A stretch of 62,534 nucleotides of DNA, filler included, from Limisphaerales bacterium (lineage in GTDB: Bacteria; Verrucomicrobiota; Verrucomicrobiia; Limisphaerales; SIBE01), in the NCBI GenBank assembly GCA_044225505.1. It is 9 parts of 9 records of this genome, joined end to end, with 100 filler letters (N's around TTAATTAATTAA, not from the genome) between each part and the next. Parts side by side here need not be neighbours in the genome. Positions count along the whole stretch, not along the records: positions 1 to 4,214 come from JBGAIN010000318.1; positions 4,315 to 8,304 come from JBGAIN010000319.1; positions 8,405 to 12,381 come from JBGAIN010000320.1; 6 more parts are not named here. One strand, given 5' to 3'. Under the pieces are notes generated by a model that saw only the letters and a list, made by a program, of their open reading frames with translations, was not told the origin of the DNA and searched no databases. Made by a program: the position numbers and the translations under genes. This document shows positions 1 through 10,183 of the stretch, in pieces. The number at the start of each line of letters is the position of its first letter. Positions within the stretch are counted from its first letter, which is position 1.

Positions 1-136
1 CCCGCGGACGCCAGGCGTTACGCAGAGCGCGTCAAGGGACTTCCGGTGTAGCTTCCGGCATTCCGACACTGTGCCTGGGGTCAAGCAAGCGAGCTGCCGG
101 GTAGCGGATTTTGCTATATTCCCCAGCCTCTGGCAC

Positions 137-165
137 TTGATTCTTCTTCTCGTCGCGTCGACAAT
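137..165 (+). promoter_or_regulatory. Possible sigma70 promoter for sodC
   Basis: TTGATT (137-142), 17-bp spacer, GACAAT (160-165), ending 37 bp upstream of the ATG. Confidence 0.3.
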
Positions 166-202
166 GAGAGGTAGGCCAAGACAACAACCGATAATAAACG
201 CT

Positions 203-793
203 ATGGTCAAATCGCGTAAACTCATTGTGGCCGTGATTGCCACGGCTGCATTTTCTGTTGCTCCCATTCTTCTCACCCGCGCCGCGGATGCGCCGCACGG
301 CGAGAAGGCGCACGTCGAAAGCTGGAGCTCCATTAAACAGGTCGTAGCCGTCATGCATCCCACCGCTGGCAATAAAGTGCACGGAGTGGTGCGCTTTACG
401 CAGGACGGCGACTCCGTCAAGGTCGTCGCTCACCTGGAAGGCTTGAACCCCGGGCAAAAGCACGCGATGCACATCCATCAGTTTGGCGATTGCTCGGCCC
501 CAGACGCCACCAGCGCTGGTGGTCATTACAACCCCGAGGGCCATCCGCACTCTCTGCCCGAATCTCAGACCAGGCATGCCGGTGACTTGGGCAACGTGCA
601 AGCGGATGATCAAGGAAATGCCCATGTCGAGCTCACGGTCAGCAACATTTCCGTCGCTGGCACCAAGAACCCTATTGTCGGTCGCTCGGTGATCGTTCAC
701 GCCAAGCCTGATGACGGCGGCCAACCTGTGGGCAACGCTGGGGGACGCGTCGCTTGTGGTGTGATCGGTGTCGCTAACGCAGCTGCCAAGTAA
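203..793 (+). CDS. sodC: Cu/Zn superoxide dismutase, secreted
   Basis: Signal peptide; HAMHIHQFGDC, SAGGHYNP, RHAGDLGNV, GRSVIVHAKPDD and GNAGGRVACGVI motifs; ATG 203 chosen over the ORF start at 71. Confidence 0.93.
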   Translation: MVKSRKLIVAVIATAAFSVAPILLTRAADAPHGEKAHVESWSSIKQVVAVMHPTAGNKVHGVVRFTQDGDSVKVVAHLEGLNPGQKHAMHIHQFGDCSAPDATSAGGHYNPEGHPHSLPESQTRHAGDLGNVQADDQGNAHVELTVSNISVAGTKNPIVGRSVIVHAKPDDGGQPVGNAGGRVACGVIGVANAAAK

Positions 794-984
794 TAGATCA
801 GCTCGTTCTCCGTCGTAACTCTCGCTCTCCTGCCTGGTGCTGGCGGGAGAGAACTTCTCCTTCCGTTCGTTGTTATACGCTCCTGGTTCAGCAGGCTTGG
901 TCCATTTCATTTGCCAGGGGACGTCGCCTTTCAACCTGTTACCGCGTACCCACCGATGCCGCTTTTCTCCGCCAGGTCGTGGAG

Positions 985-1004
985 TGCGGTTGCCCTCAAC
1001 CGCT
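985..1004. repeat. REP-like intergenic hairpin
   Basis: GCGGTTG-CCCT-CAACCGC followed by TTTT, between sodC and the SGNH gene. Confidence 0.4.
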
Positions 1005-1156
1005 TTTCCGGTGAGCAGACGCCTTCGCCATGACGCGGGTGGGCGTCCCTCGCTAGATGGAGGTTTCCCGCCACCGGCGAACGACACCTGCGTCCGAGAC
1101 TCAGACGCCGTCACTAAGGCTTTGATCCGTCCTCACGCAAGAGCTACCCTCGACGC

Positions 1157-2440
1157 ATGGCCTCGAATTCTCGCGGGATCTGCTTCGTGCTCGCCGCGTT
1201 CGCTTTGGCGAACATTCTTGCTTTGGCGGAAGAACCGCTCGCCGAGTTAGCGCCGCGAAAAGGGTTGGCGAACACCTTTGCCAAACTCGAGGCGGGCCAG
1301 GCGGTTCGTATTGCCTATCTCGGGGGCAGTATTACCGCGCAGGAAGGGTGGCGCCCCCAATCCTTGCGCTGGTTCCAGGACCAGTTTCCGTCCGCGAAAA
1401 TCAGCCAGATCAACGCCGCCATCGGCGGTACCGGGTCGGATTTAGGAGTCTTCCGCCTAAAACACGACGTCCTCGACCAAAACCCGGACCTGCTCTTTGT
1501 CGAATTCGCCGTCAATGACTCGGGCGCCGCGCCGGAACAGATCCATCGCGGGATTGAAGGGATCGTGCGCCAAACCTGGAAACACAACGATCGGACGGAC
1601 ATCTGTTTCGTTTACACGGTCGCCGGCAACATGCTCAACGATCTCAAAGCGGACAAGCTGCCCCGCTCGATCGCAGCGATGGAGCAGGTCGCCCAGCATT
1701 ACGGCATCCCGACCATCAACATGGGGTTGGAAGTGGCGCACCTCGAACGCAACGGCAAACTGCGTTTCCAGGGTGATCTCCCCAAAACAGACGAGGCGAA
1801 GGCCGCCCTCGGCGGGACGATCGTTTTTTCGCCCGATGGAGTCCATCCGTTCCCGGAGACCGGGCACAAGATCTATAACGAATCGATCGTCCGCGCCATG
1901 CAATCCATGCGTGGGAATGGTTATGCCGGCGCGCATTTGATCCCTGCGCCCTTGCGTGACGACAATTGGGAAGCGGCCCAGATGCTTCCGCTCAGCGCCA
2001 TCCGGCGCTCCGCTGGGTGGGAACGACTCGACTCCGACCAACATCCGATCGCCAAACGATTCAAGAGCCGCATGCCAGAGTGTTGGAAGGCGACCCGCGC
2101 GGGCGAGCGCATCGCCTTCAAGTTCCGGGGTACGGTCGCGCGCATCTATGACCTGCTCGGCCCGGATTGCGGACAGGTGATTGTTAAGGTCGATGACGCT
2201 GCCCCAGTGATCCGGCCACGCTTTGACGCCTATTGCACTTACCACCGCCTGGCCACCTTGCACCTCATCGAAGGCGCTCCCAACGCCGTTCACACGATCG
2301 AAGTGGTCATTCATCCAGACCAACCGGACAAAGCGAAGATCTTAAGCCAGCGCAACGAGCACATCGACGATCCCAAACGTTTCGAAGGCACCGCCTGGTA
2401 CGCCGGCGCCGTTCTCTTGGTCGGCGAACTCGCGGAGTGA
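1157..2440 (+). CDS. SGNH/GDSL hydrolase family protein, secreted
   Basis: Signal peptide; AYLGGSIT, NAAIGGTGS, FVEFAVND and DGVHP blocks; C-terminal beta-rich domain. Confidence 0.9.
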   Translation: MASNSRGICFVLAAFALANILALAEEPLAELAPRKGLANTFAKLEAGQAVRIAYLGGSITAQEGWRPQSLRWFQDQFPSAKISQINAAIGGTGSDLGVFRLKHDVLDQNPDLLFVEFAVNDSGAAPEQIHRGIEGIVRQTWKHNDRTDICFVYTVAGNMLNDLKADKLPRSIAAMEQVAQHYGIPTINMGLEVAHLERNGKLRFQGDLPKTDEAKAALGGTIVFSPDGVHPFPETGHKIYNESIVRAMQSMRGNGYAGAHLIPAPLRDDNWEAAQMLPLSAIRRSAGWERLDSDQHPIAKRFKSRMPECWKATRAGERIAFKFRGTVARIYDLLGPDCGQVIVKVDDAAPVIRPRFDAYCTYHRLATLHLIEGAPNAVHTIEVVIHPDQPDKAKILSQRNEHIDDPKRFEGTAWYAGAVLLVGELAE

Positions 2441-2489
2441 TTGCGGAGGCGGAACGGTTGCGGCTGTTCTGACAACACAGCTGCGCTTT

Positions 2490-2532
2490 GTATTCCAGAT
2501 CGGGGCGCGGAATTTATTCCGCAGGATCGCCC
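2490..2532 (+). repeat. REP-like repeat, copy 1
   Basis: 43 bp, 41/43 identical to 3687-3729; core hairpin GCGGAAT-TT-ATTCCGC. Confidence 0.75.
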
Positions 2533-2743
2533 CGTCAACGACAATTATTATTCACCATCCCGTGATTTTTAATTGTCGTTCGATGGGACAGCGTAGTTGT
2601 CGGCAAAGCTGAGGGCTCTCCGCGGCTTTTTCGGAAAGCGCCCCGCCGAAACACGCGGCGAACGGAAGAGCAAGAGCACAATCAAGATCAGGGTTTAGGG
2701 CGTCGCTCATGCACGCCTTGTGGCGCAAGCGCCGATGCGACCC

Positions 2744-2769
2744 GCCGTAAGCACGGCCGTGCTTACGGC
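2744..2769. repeat. Perfect 26-bp palindrome
   Basis: GCCGTAAGCACGG|CCGTGCTTACGGC. Confidence 0.85.
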
Positions 2770-3501
2770 CACGCTGCCGCATTCGCAAGGATTTGTAACA
2801 GAGCTGCTTACTTCTGTAACAAATTGCGAAATGCTTTTCGGTGATTCGGGTCGGCCATCCGGACCTGGACGCGCGTGGATTCGAGGACTCGGCGTGGAAA
2901 CGCCGGATATGTTCCATCGGCCTTCTCGCAGCCCATCCATTCTCTGGCAATTGCGCCAGACTGGCACAGTTCGATGTGCTCTCCAGTCTACACCTGGGTT
3001 GCTTTTGCCTTCGCCAACCTTTGTTCAGCCTTTGTTCAGCCGAGGCTATCGCAAGGACGGCTAAGGTCGAACGAAGCCTGAACGAAGCTCGAACAATCCC
3101 TGAACCAGCATCGGATCACTCCGCTGACGACTAACCATCTTTTGCAACTCAAGCGGCATTAGAAACACATGCGGTGGCGTGTCATTTTGGCGCGGTCGGG
3201 TGCGAGCGTTTCGCTCGTTGGATTCGCCATAATCGCGCTTGTGGAAGATCGGGCCGCTGGGCTCACCCAGTTCCGATCACACCTGTCCGAATGTAAACAC
3301 GGGCGTCATACCAAACACCTGAAAACGGATCGTTTCTGTAGCGCAAGTGATTGCCTAGCAGATTTGGCTGCGGTTGACAAATTGTTTATCTCGGTCATCC
3401 AGTCACTCCCCGTTGACTCTGGCAGTAGCCAGTCGCTTTGGGGTCATCAAGGTGACTGATTGAAGACCAGCCGGGAGGGAGCGGACGATATGCCTTATCC
3501 A

Positions 3502-3537
3502 CCGATACCGATACCGATGCCGACCCCGACCGCGACG
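3502..3537 (+). repeat. Degenerate hexamer tandem repeat (CCGAyn x6)
   Basis: CCGATA CCGATA CCGATG CCGACC CCGACC GCGACG. Confidence 0.6.
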
Positions 3538-3686
3538 TGGAAGGGACATTACTGCTGGCAATACTGCCAACCGAGCAGTCCATCGAACGTAAATCGGGCG
3601 GGAGGGGTGACCTCGCCAGAACCGTTCTCCCATCGCGGTCGATGACCCGTTTTTCATTATGGCCTGACAACTGCGGTCGCGACTTC

Positions 3687-3729
3687 GTATTCCGGATCGG
3701 GGCGCGGAATGTATTCCGCAGGATCGCCC
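3687..3729 (+). repeat. REP-like repeat, copy 2
   Basis: 41/43 identical to 2490-2532; core GCGGAAT-GT-ATTCCGC. Confidence 0.75.
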
Positions 3730-4214
3730 GCACGTTAGACGCGATGCTAAGGAACGTCAGGGAAGGCATCCCGTAGGTTTGGTGGCAGAAATTCCACAAA
3801 ATGCCTCGTTACCTGCTGGAACAGGGACAGTTGCAGTCCAATCAGCAATTGCTGATCGGACTCCTTTCGCGCAGCAGGCACGGATAGTCCTTTCCGATTT
3901 CAGCAGGCACTTAGGCGCCATCCCCTTACTGCACCGTGGCAACGAGGACGCCTAAAGACGCAATGCACCCGACCTTCGCGAGGGGCTTCAAGCTTCACGT
4001 CGACTGTCACCAGCGCGGTGTCGATGATTTGGCCCGTTCGATGAAAACGGATGGCTCTCACGGAGGCACCAATCCTCAGCGCGGCTCAGCCGCAACCGAG
4101 GGCTGCTGGTTGTTTGTGCGTCGTATTAGCCGACCAGCTTCACCTCCGCCGCGCTGAGATATTTCTCCTGCCGGAGAAAGAGGAAAATCGAGCCCCACGG
4201 CTGTGGACCCGGTA

Positions 4215-4314
4215 NNNNNNNNNNNNNNNNNNNNNNNNNNNNNNNNNNNNNNNNNNNNTTAATTAATTAANNNNNNNNNNNNNNNNNNNNNNNNNNNNNN
4301 NNNNNNNNNNNNNN
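4215..4314. other. Artificial contig linker
   Basis: 44 N + TTAATTAATTAA (stops in all six frames) + 44 N. Confidence 0.99.
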
Positions 4315-4316
4315 TT

Positions 4317-6368
4317 AGTCGCGGTTTGGCAGGACGCGGTTCGAGCCTTTACCTCCGCATTCCGTTCGTCTTGACTAACGCACTGGCGGTTGGGAGCGTG
4401 GCGCTCCACGTTCAATATGACGATGGTTTTGTCGCTTGGCTAAACGGAGTCCAAGTGGCAAGCCAAAACGCACCCGATTCCCTCGATTGGAATTCTACGG
4501 CCCTCGCGACCCGTGCCAATGCCCGGGCTGCTGAGCTGGAGACAATCCCGCTGAATCCGCAACTAGCCGGTTTTGTCGTCGGGACGAACTGGCTAGCGGT
4601 CCACGTCTTGAACGTCAGCGCGCAGAGTAGTGACCTGCTTTTCCGCGCTCGATTGGATGCCGTCCCGGCTCCAAAAACCGCAGCCTCCGAGGATGTTCTG
4701 AGAGCGTCCTGCACTTATCTCGTCAAACCAACGCCGGGTGCGCCAAACAGCGCCGCTATTTTCAAGGGGCCGGCGATCGCTTGGGTCCGTCGGCAACCAT
4801 CGGGATCCGTCGCCCGTGACGAGTCGATCGCAATTACAGCGAGATTAGCATCGCAAGTTTCGACGGTCATGACGATGCGACTTCGCTACCGCGTTATGTA
4901 CGGCCCGGAAGTGGAGTTGCCGATGGAGGACGATGGAAAGCACGAGGACGGTGCTGCTGGGGATGGAGTCTACGGAGCCACGATCCCCGCTCGCGTGGCT
5001 CAACCCGGGCAGATGGTTCGCTATTATGTCACGGGCACAGATGGCTCTGGGAGTGTCACCCGGTGGCCGCTTTTCGCGGATCGGGCAGACTATTCTGCCT
5101 ACGAAGGAACGGTCATTGGGGATGATTCCGTGAAGACACGGCTGCCGGTTCTACAGATGTTTGTATCCAAGGATGCCCAACGCGTGCGTGGACGCACCTT
5201 AGCCGCAATATTCTTCAACGACGAGCTCTACGACAACGTTGCACTCGGCCCCCACGGGCAGTTCTCGAGGAGTTTTCCCAAGCCCAGTTTCAATCTCACC
5301 TTTCCGCGGGACCATGCCTGCCGTTACGAAACCAATAGCTCCCGCGTGAAGCACTTGAAACTCCTGAGCAACTATGCGGACAAATCTAAAATGCGGAACA
5401 CGCTTGCTTACCAAATGATCGCTGCCGCAGGGTCGGTTTCTCATTTTGCATTCCCAGTGAGGGTTCAGCAGAACGGAAAATTCTACAGTGTTGCGGAAGT
5501 GGTCGAGCATGGAGACGAGCGATTCCTGGAGCGGGTCCAACGGGATCCTCAGGGAGCGCTCTATAAGATGAATAACAATCTGAGCGGCGTCCACGGCGCT
5601 CAGAAGAAGGCGCGCAAGTATGAAGGCTCTCGCGATCTTGCGAATTTTGTGGAAGCTCTCGACGAGAACCGGCCTCTGGACGCTCGCGCCGCCTATGCTT
5701 ATGGGCACATCGATATTCCTCAATGCATCAGTTATTTCGTGGCGTTGACTTTGATCAGCAGCGATGACCACGGACACAAGAATTATTATCTCTACCGCGA
5801 TGCCCGGAATACGGGAGAATGGGCACTCTTCCCCTGGGATGTGGATTTGAGTTGGGGCCGCGATTGGACTGGGCAGTATTTCAATGAAAATATTTTCGTC
5901 GATAACCCCCTCGATCTCTACCGGAACGGTCGAACCAAACCGCGCAACCGCCTCTACAATCTCTTTTTCGAATATCCGGACTTCCGCGCGATGTACTTGC
6001 GCCGGTTACGGACGGTGATGGATGAGATACTGCAACCGCCAGGCACATCACCGGCCGCGCTGGAGATCGAGCGTCGCGTGCGGAGTTGGCGTGACCAAGT
6101 GAATCCTCCGGGTTTTAGCCAGCCGGATGGAGACCGCGATACTGCCGCCTGGCCGTCGTGGGGCAGGGCGGCTTCCATGAACGCGGAGGTACAACGCATT
6201 CTCGACGAATATCTGCCGGGGCGCCGGCAGTTCCTATTCAAGAGCTCTCGTGCCAAGCTTTTTGGCGATGCCATTCCGCCAGCCCAGGCGCGCGATGTCC
6301 GGCTGCGATTTGCAGAGAGCGATATGACCTCGCCAGGGGGGGCGATTTGTCTGACGAACGCGGACTGA
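4317..6368 (+). CDS. CotH kinase family protein; 5' end cut by contig edge, 3' domain frameshifted
   Basis: YDDGFVAWLNG beta-sandwich; choice-of-anchor-X-like MEDDGKHEDGAAGDGVYGATIP; CotH motifs (DKSKMRNTLAY, HKNYYLYRD, PWDVDLSWG). Confidence 0.85.
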   Translation, partial: SRGLAGRGSSLYLRIPFVLTNALAVGSVALHVQYDDGFVAWLNGVQVASQNAPDSLDWNSTALATRANARAAELETIPLNPQLAGFVVGTNWLAVHVLNVSAQSSDLLFRARLDAVPAPKTAASEDVLRASCTYLVKPTPGAPNSAAIFKGPAIAWVRRQPSGSVARDESIAITARLASQVSTVMTMRLRYRVMYGPEVELPMEDDGKHEDGAAGDGVYGATIPARVAQPGQMVRYYVTGTDGSGSVTRWPLFADRADYSAYEGTVIGDDSVKTRLPVLQMFVSKDAQRVRGRTLAAIFFNDELYDNVALGPHGQFSRSFPKPSFNLTFPRDHACRYETNSSRVKHLKLLSNYADKSKMRNTLAYQMIAAAGSVSHFAFPVRVQQNGKFYSVAEVVEHGDERFLERVQRDPQGALYKMNNNLSGVHGAQKKARKYEGSRDLANFVEALDENRPLDARAAYAYGHIDIPQCISYFVALTLISSDDHGHKNYYLYRDARNTGEWALFPWDVDLSWGRDWTGQYFNENIFVDNPLDLYRNGRTKPRNRLYNLFFEYPDFRAMYLRRLRTVMDEILQPPGTSPAALEIERRVRSWRDQVNPPGFSQPDGDRDTAAWPSWGRAASMNAEVQRILDEYLPGRRQFLFKSSRAKLFGDAIPPAQARDVRLRFAESDMTSPGGAICLTNAD

Positions 6369-6579
6369 GTATCGCTTGGCCCCAGGCACGGTGCTACCTG
6401 CTGGACGCAGACTCTGGATTACAGGCGATGTGGCTAAGTTCCGCAGCCATCCTCCCGCGGCGGTGGGCAACGGACCTGCCTTCGTTCAAGGGGGATGGAA
6501 GAGACGTTTGCAGTCGGCGAATGCGCCGCTTGAACTCTGCAATGCCGCCGGTCAAACCGTCGTCACGCACGCGCCGTAA
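6364..6579 (+). pseudogene. Out-of-frame C-terminal lamin-tail-like domain of the CotH gene
   Basis: The +1 frame reads EYRLAPGTVLPAGRRLWITGDVAKFRS...FVQGGW...LELCNAAGQTV and continues the domain begun by ICLTNAD. Confidence 0.6.
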
Positions 6580-6623
6580 CCGAACGATCCGCCCCGGCTT
6601 TCCTCTCTTCCATTCCGATGCAT

Positions 6624-7802
6624 TCAGCGCCGCGCAGCCCCGGATCCTTTCGTCCAAAGAGTGCGAAAATATAGGACTCGGACTTCTTCGCTGCGCGCCA
6701 TCCGAAAGCCGAGTTCTTCGAGCCCTTGGGCTAGGCCAGGCATGTGGGCGGCTCCCCACGGGACCGCCAGTTGATCCCCTCGGCTGAGTTCGTCACCGAT
6801 CTTTTGAAGCAGGTGTCGGTTGCGGAGCGTCAGCAAGTCTTCCCAGAGTTGGGATGTTAAGGCTGGAGACTGAGAGCGTTCAATCAAATCCTGAATGATC
6901 TCCAAACTTAGTCCTCGCGTGTGAATACGCGTGAGCAAATTTAGAAAATCGACTGTGCTGGGAGAGAAATCCGAAACGTCAACGTCGGCGCGGCGTGTGT
7001 TGGCACCGATGGGAGCGAAAGTTTCTTGTTGCTCGGCGAGACCCAACGAGGAGGCCATGCGATGGTAGCTGAGCTTATTCGTAAGGAGGTTCTTCTCATC
7101 AGTCACTCCTTCAGCGAGCACCACGCTGTTGCTTCCGATAACCCGATTCACTGTTCGGTAAAACGAAGGCTCGGCAACGTGGATCATCGGGATGAGACTC
7201 ACGGTTTTTTGCATGGTGTTGGTGTAGGCGCGGCTTTGAACCGCCAAGCCATCCGCATGCAGAACGAGAAACCCAGCACTGTAGCGATCCACTGCCAGTG
7301 ATCCGCACTTTGCCAGGTAAATCGCTATTCCCGGGACGAGCAGTGCGCAGTTGACAACGACAAAGGTAATTAGATTGAGCCAGCTAAATCGCTTCAAACC
7401 GAGACGATGTTCGTCGAGATTTGGCCACTGGAGCCGCCAGCGGCCGTGTAATGCCCGTAAGACCATCACACCGGTCGACACTTGCAGGAGAGACAGCGCC
7501 CAGGCGCATCGTTGGATCTCCGCTGGATGGTAAATGGCAAAGGGAATCATCGCAAGGAGCCCGAGTGGGTAAAAAAGGACCACGGGCAAGAACAAGCGCT
7601 TGGGCACCATGGGGGTCACACCCATTAGCAGATAAATGACAATTGCCAACGCTGTCATCGGGAGCGCCAAGAAACCGCGGACCAGACTCAGTGCGCCGAT
7701 CCCAAAGAATAACAGCAGGGTGTCGTCAATCAGCGAAACCACCCCGTCGATTAAAAACAAGCCCAGGCAAAGGTTCAGTAGACCGGACAAAGCGCTTCTC
7801 AC
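6624..7802 (-). CDS. Membrane protein with C-terminal TraB/GumN-like domain (start uncertain; ORF extends to 7946)
   Basis: About 5 TM helices, then LIPMIHVAEPSFY, VVLAEGV, LTLRNRHL and AVPWGAAHMPGL motifs. Confidence 0.7.
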   Translation of the reverse strand: MRSALSGLLNLCLGLFLIDGVVSLIDDTLLLFFGIGALSLVRGFLALPMTALAIVIYLLMGVTPMVPKRLFLPVVLFYPLGLLAMIPFAIYHPAEIQRCAWALSLLQVSTGVMVLRALHGRWRLQWPNLDEHRLGLKRFSWLNLITFVVVNCALLVPGIAIYLAKCGSLAVDRYSAGFLVLHADGLAVQSRAYTNTMQKTVSLIPMIHVAEPSFYRTVNRVIGSNSVVLAEGVTDEKNLLTNKLSYHRMASSLGLAEQQETFAPIGANTRRADVDVSDFSPSTVDFLNLLTRIHTRGLSLEIIQDLIERSQSPALTSQLWEDLLTLRNRHLLQKIGDELSRGDQLAVPWGAAHMPGLAQGLEELGFRMARSEEVRVLYFRTLWTKGSGAARR

Positions 7803-7998
7803 GGGGCCAACTCTGCCATAGACAGCGGGCTGCGCCAACCGAGTTCCCAGACCGTCAGTCGAGCGCTCTCCCGGGCAGAGGCGAATACAGGGACGGAAAC
7901 CCAGGGTTGGGGACTGTCGCCCAGTCAATCTGGCAGATAGAACCAACCGTTGCCACCCAAGAAACGAAACCGGTGATATCTTGTCGCTAACGCCTCAC

Positions 7999-8304
7999 TT
8001 ACGGGCTTGAGTTTGGCGGTATTTCGATCCGGTCTAACTTCCACGACTGGGGTAGCTCAGACTTGGTCTCGAGCAGAATCTCCAGAATCGCCCGTTTTGA
8101 TTCCGGAGTCAGCCGATTGAAATCGTCGGTCCGATCCAAATTCGTTAGGATCTCCCAGAGGCGCTGGTAGATGCGTGCTTTGACGGGGCTCGGTAGCGCT
8201 TCAAAAGCTCCTGAATAGATCAGGAAACTGCACGGATACTTGAACATTCTTTGCTTCAAGTCGAACTCCCGGAGCGAGCGACCTTGGTGGTCAAAAGGCC
8301 CTTG
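7999..8304 (-). CDS. C-terminus of a conserved hypothetical protein (partial)
   Basis: QGPFDHQGRSLREFDLKQRMFKYPCSFLIYS...AILEILLETK resembles a PVC/Acidobacteria conserved family. Confidence 0.7.
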   Translation of the reverse strand, partial: QGPFDHQGRSLREFDLKQRMFKYPCSFLIYSGAFEALPSPVKARIYQRLWEILTNLDRTDDFNRLTPESKRAILEILLETKSELPQSWKLDRIEIPPNSSP

Positions 8305-8404
8305 NNNNNNNNNNNNNNNNNNNNNNNNNNNNNNNNNNNNNNNNNNNNTTAATTAATTAANNNNNNNNNNNNNNNNNNNNNNNNNNNNNNNNNNNNNNNN
8401 NNNN
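8305..8404. other. Artificial contig linker
   Basis: N44-TTAATTAATTAA-N44. Confidence 0.99.
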
Positions 8405-8405
8405 A

Positions 8406-10151
8406 TCGGGATTCGACCTGCCCCAAAAGGAACGAAGCCAGGCCGTTTCCCGATGTGGAAGAGCCCGGCAGCCCAGTGAACAGTGAGGTGAACTGGTATG
8501 CCCCGGTGGGCTGCGGGGGCTGATAGAGGTTCATTCGCTGCGACCGAATATCGACACCCAGTGCGAGCCGCCGCCCCGATTGTAGACGCGTGAATGTCTC
8601 CACGATCTGAGTGAGAGATGTCGCTTGCTCGACGTTCGCGGCACGAGTCGGCCCTAGCTGTTGGAATCCCTGAATCAGGTAGGTGGGCACCGTGTTGCGG
8701 AAGGGGCCAACGCCCGCTTGGTCTGTCCCGGAACCGCGCAACGCAGTCCGACGCAAGTCGCGGCCACTGTAGCCCACGCGGACTTCATTGATCGAGTTTG
8801 GCGACAGAGTCCAAGAATGGCTAACGACAATCCCCGAGGAACGCAGGTTGGTATCGCCCACCGCACCGTCAGCGACGTTCCCACCCGCAGTTCCAAGCGG
8901 ATACACGGGCAGCATATCGTCGCGGACCATGCTCAGACGACCGAAAATACGCTGTCCGCTCGTGATCTGGTGGTCGATTCGGATGTCGCCCTGATCCTGA
9001 ATCTGCGACTCAGTGGCGGTCAGTCGGTAGTTGTTCGCGGTCCCATTCAGGTTGGCGGTTGGATAGGCGGCCACGAGCATCCTGGCGGCAGCATCCCAGC
9101 GAGCAACCGGTATCGTGGCCCCGGGAAACAGATCCCGGACCGTCCGACCACTGTCGATGCGTGTCGTGGCAGGATCGTAGATCGCCACTGGCCGGCCGCT
9201 TACCGCCTCTGTGAAAACACCCGCGCGTTGCAGCGCGGTGGGCACGGTGCTGATGCGCACGCGCCCAAGGCCCCATCGGCTTCCCTGATAGTCGGTGAAG
9301 AAGTACGTCCTGTTCTTGCGGATGGGCCCACCAAGGGTGTAGCCAAATTGGTTTCGCCGATAGCGGGGTATCTCCGCACCGGCGGCAAAGTAGTTCCGCG
9401 CGTTGAGCCTGTCATGCCGGAAGAACTCGAACAGCGATCCGTGAACGGCATTCGTACCGGACTTCATGTTGACCTGGATAACGCCGCCGTTCGATTTGCC
9501 ATACTCCGCTGAGAAGCTGTTCGTCTTGACCGTCAGTTCCTCAATCGCATCGATGACCGGGAAGTAAGCCACCTGAACCGGATCAGGCTGCATGACGGAA
9601 GCACCGTCATATTGGTACTCGTTCACCCTTGGCCGCCCGCCATTGACACGCGGCAGAGTTGAACCGGGCGCTAGGCTGACCCCGGGTGTGAGCGCCAGCA
9701 AGGGGACGAAATTGCGTCCATCGAGCGGGATGCGTTCGGCCATCGACCCGCTAAGGCCATGAGTCACGGTCCCCGAGTCCGCCTTCAGTACGGCGGCACT
9801 CGCTTTCGTCTCCACGGTTTGGCGGACCGCAGCCACCATCAGTTCAACGTCAAGGGGCACGCGCTCTTCCACCCGAATTCCGTCCCGGATGACCGGTTCG
9901 AACCCCGTTTTGGTTACGGTCAATCGATACTCGCCCACCGGGAGCCACAGGAGGTGGTATCGGCCGTTCGCCGCCGAACGAAGCTGGAAGCGAGACTTGC
10001 TGCTCTTCTCCATCGCAACCACCGTTGCTTGAGGAACGGGCAGTTGGGCCGAGTCTCTCACATAGCCAAAGATCTCAACTCGTCCCGCGCCGAGGCAAGG
10101 GAACGGGCCCCCGACCGTCACCAGGATGAGGCCTGCGATGTTGCACCGCAT
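8406..10151 (-). CDS. TonB-dependent receptor with carboxypeptidase-regulatory-like N-domain (Oar-like), 3' truncated
   Basis: GYVRDSAQLPVPQATV, IPLDGRNFVPLLALTPGV, KSGTNAVHGSLFEFFRHDRLNARNYF and RNQFGYTLGGPIRKNRTYFF. Confidence 0.9.
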
Positions 10152-10183
10152 AGAAATCCTCCTGCTTATCCGCCAAACCGGGG

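Noticed and set aside
32..1114. 360-aa minus-strand ORF
   Set aside because: Antisense shadow of sodC plus intergenic DNA; no motifs.
3169..4214. Short ORFs (3169-3459, 3395-3799, 3460-3645)
   Set aside because: They overlap REP-like and hexamer repeats and lack motifs; not supportable as genes.
6366..6368. TGA as selenocysteine or read-through
   Set aside because: In-frame read-through gives unrelated sequence; the homologous continuation is in another frame.
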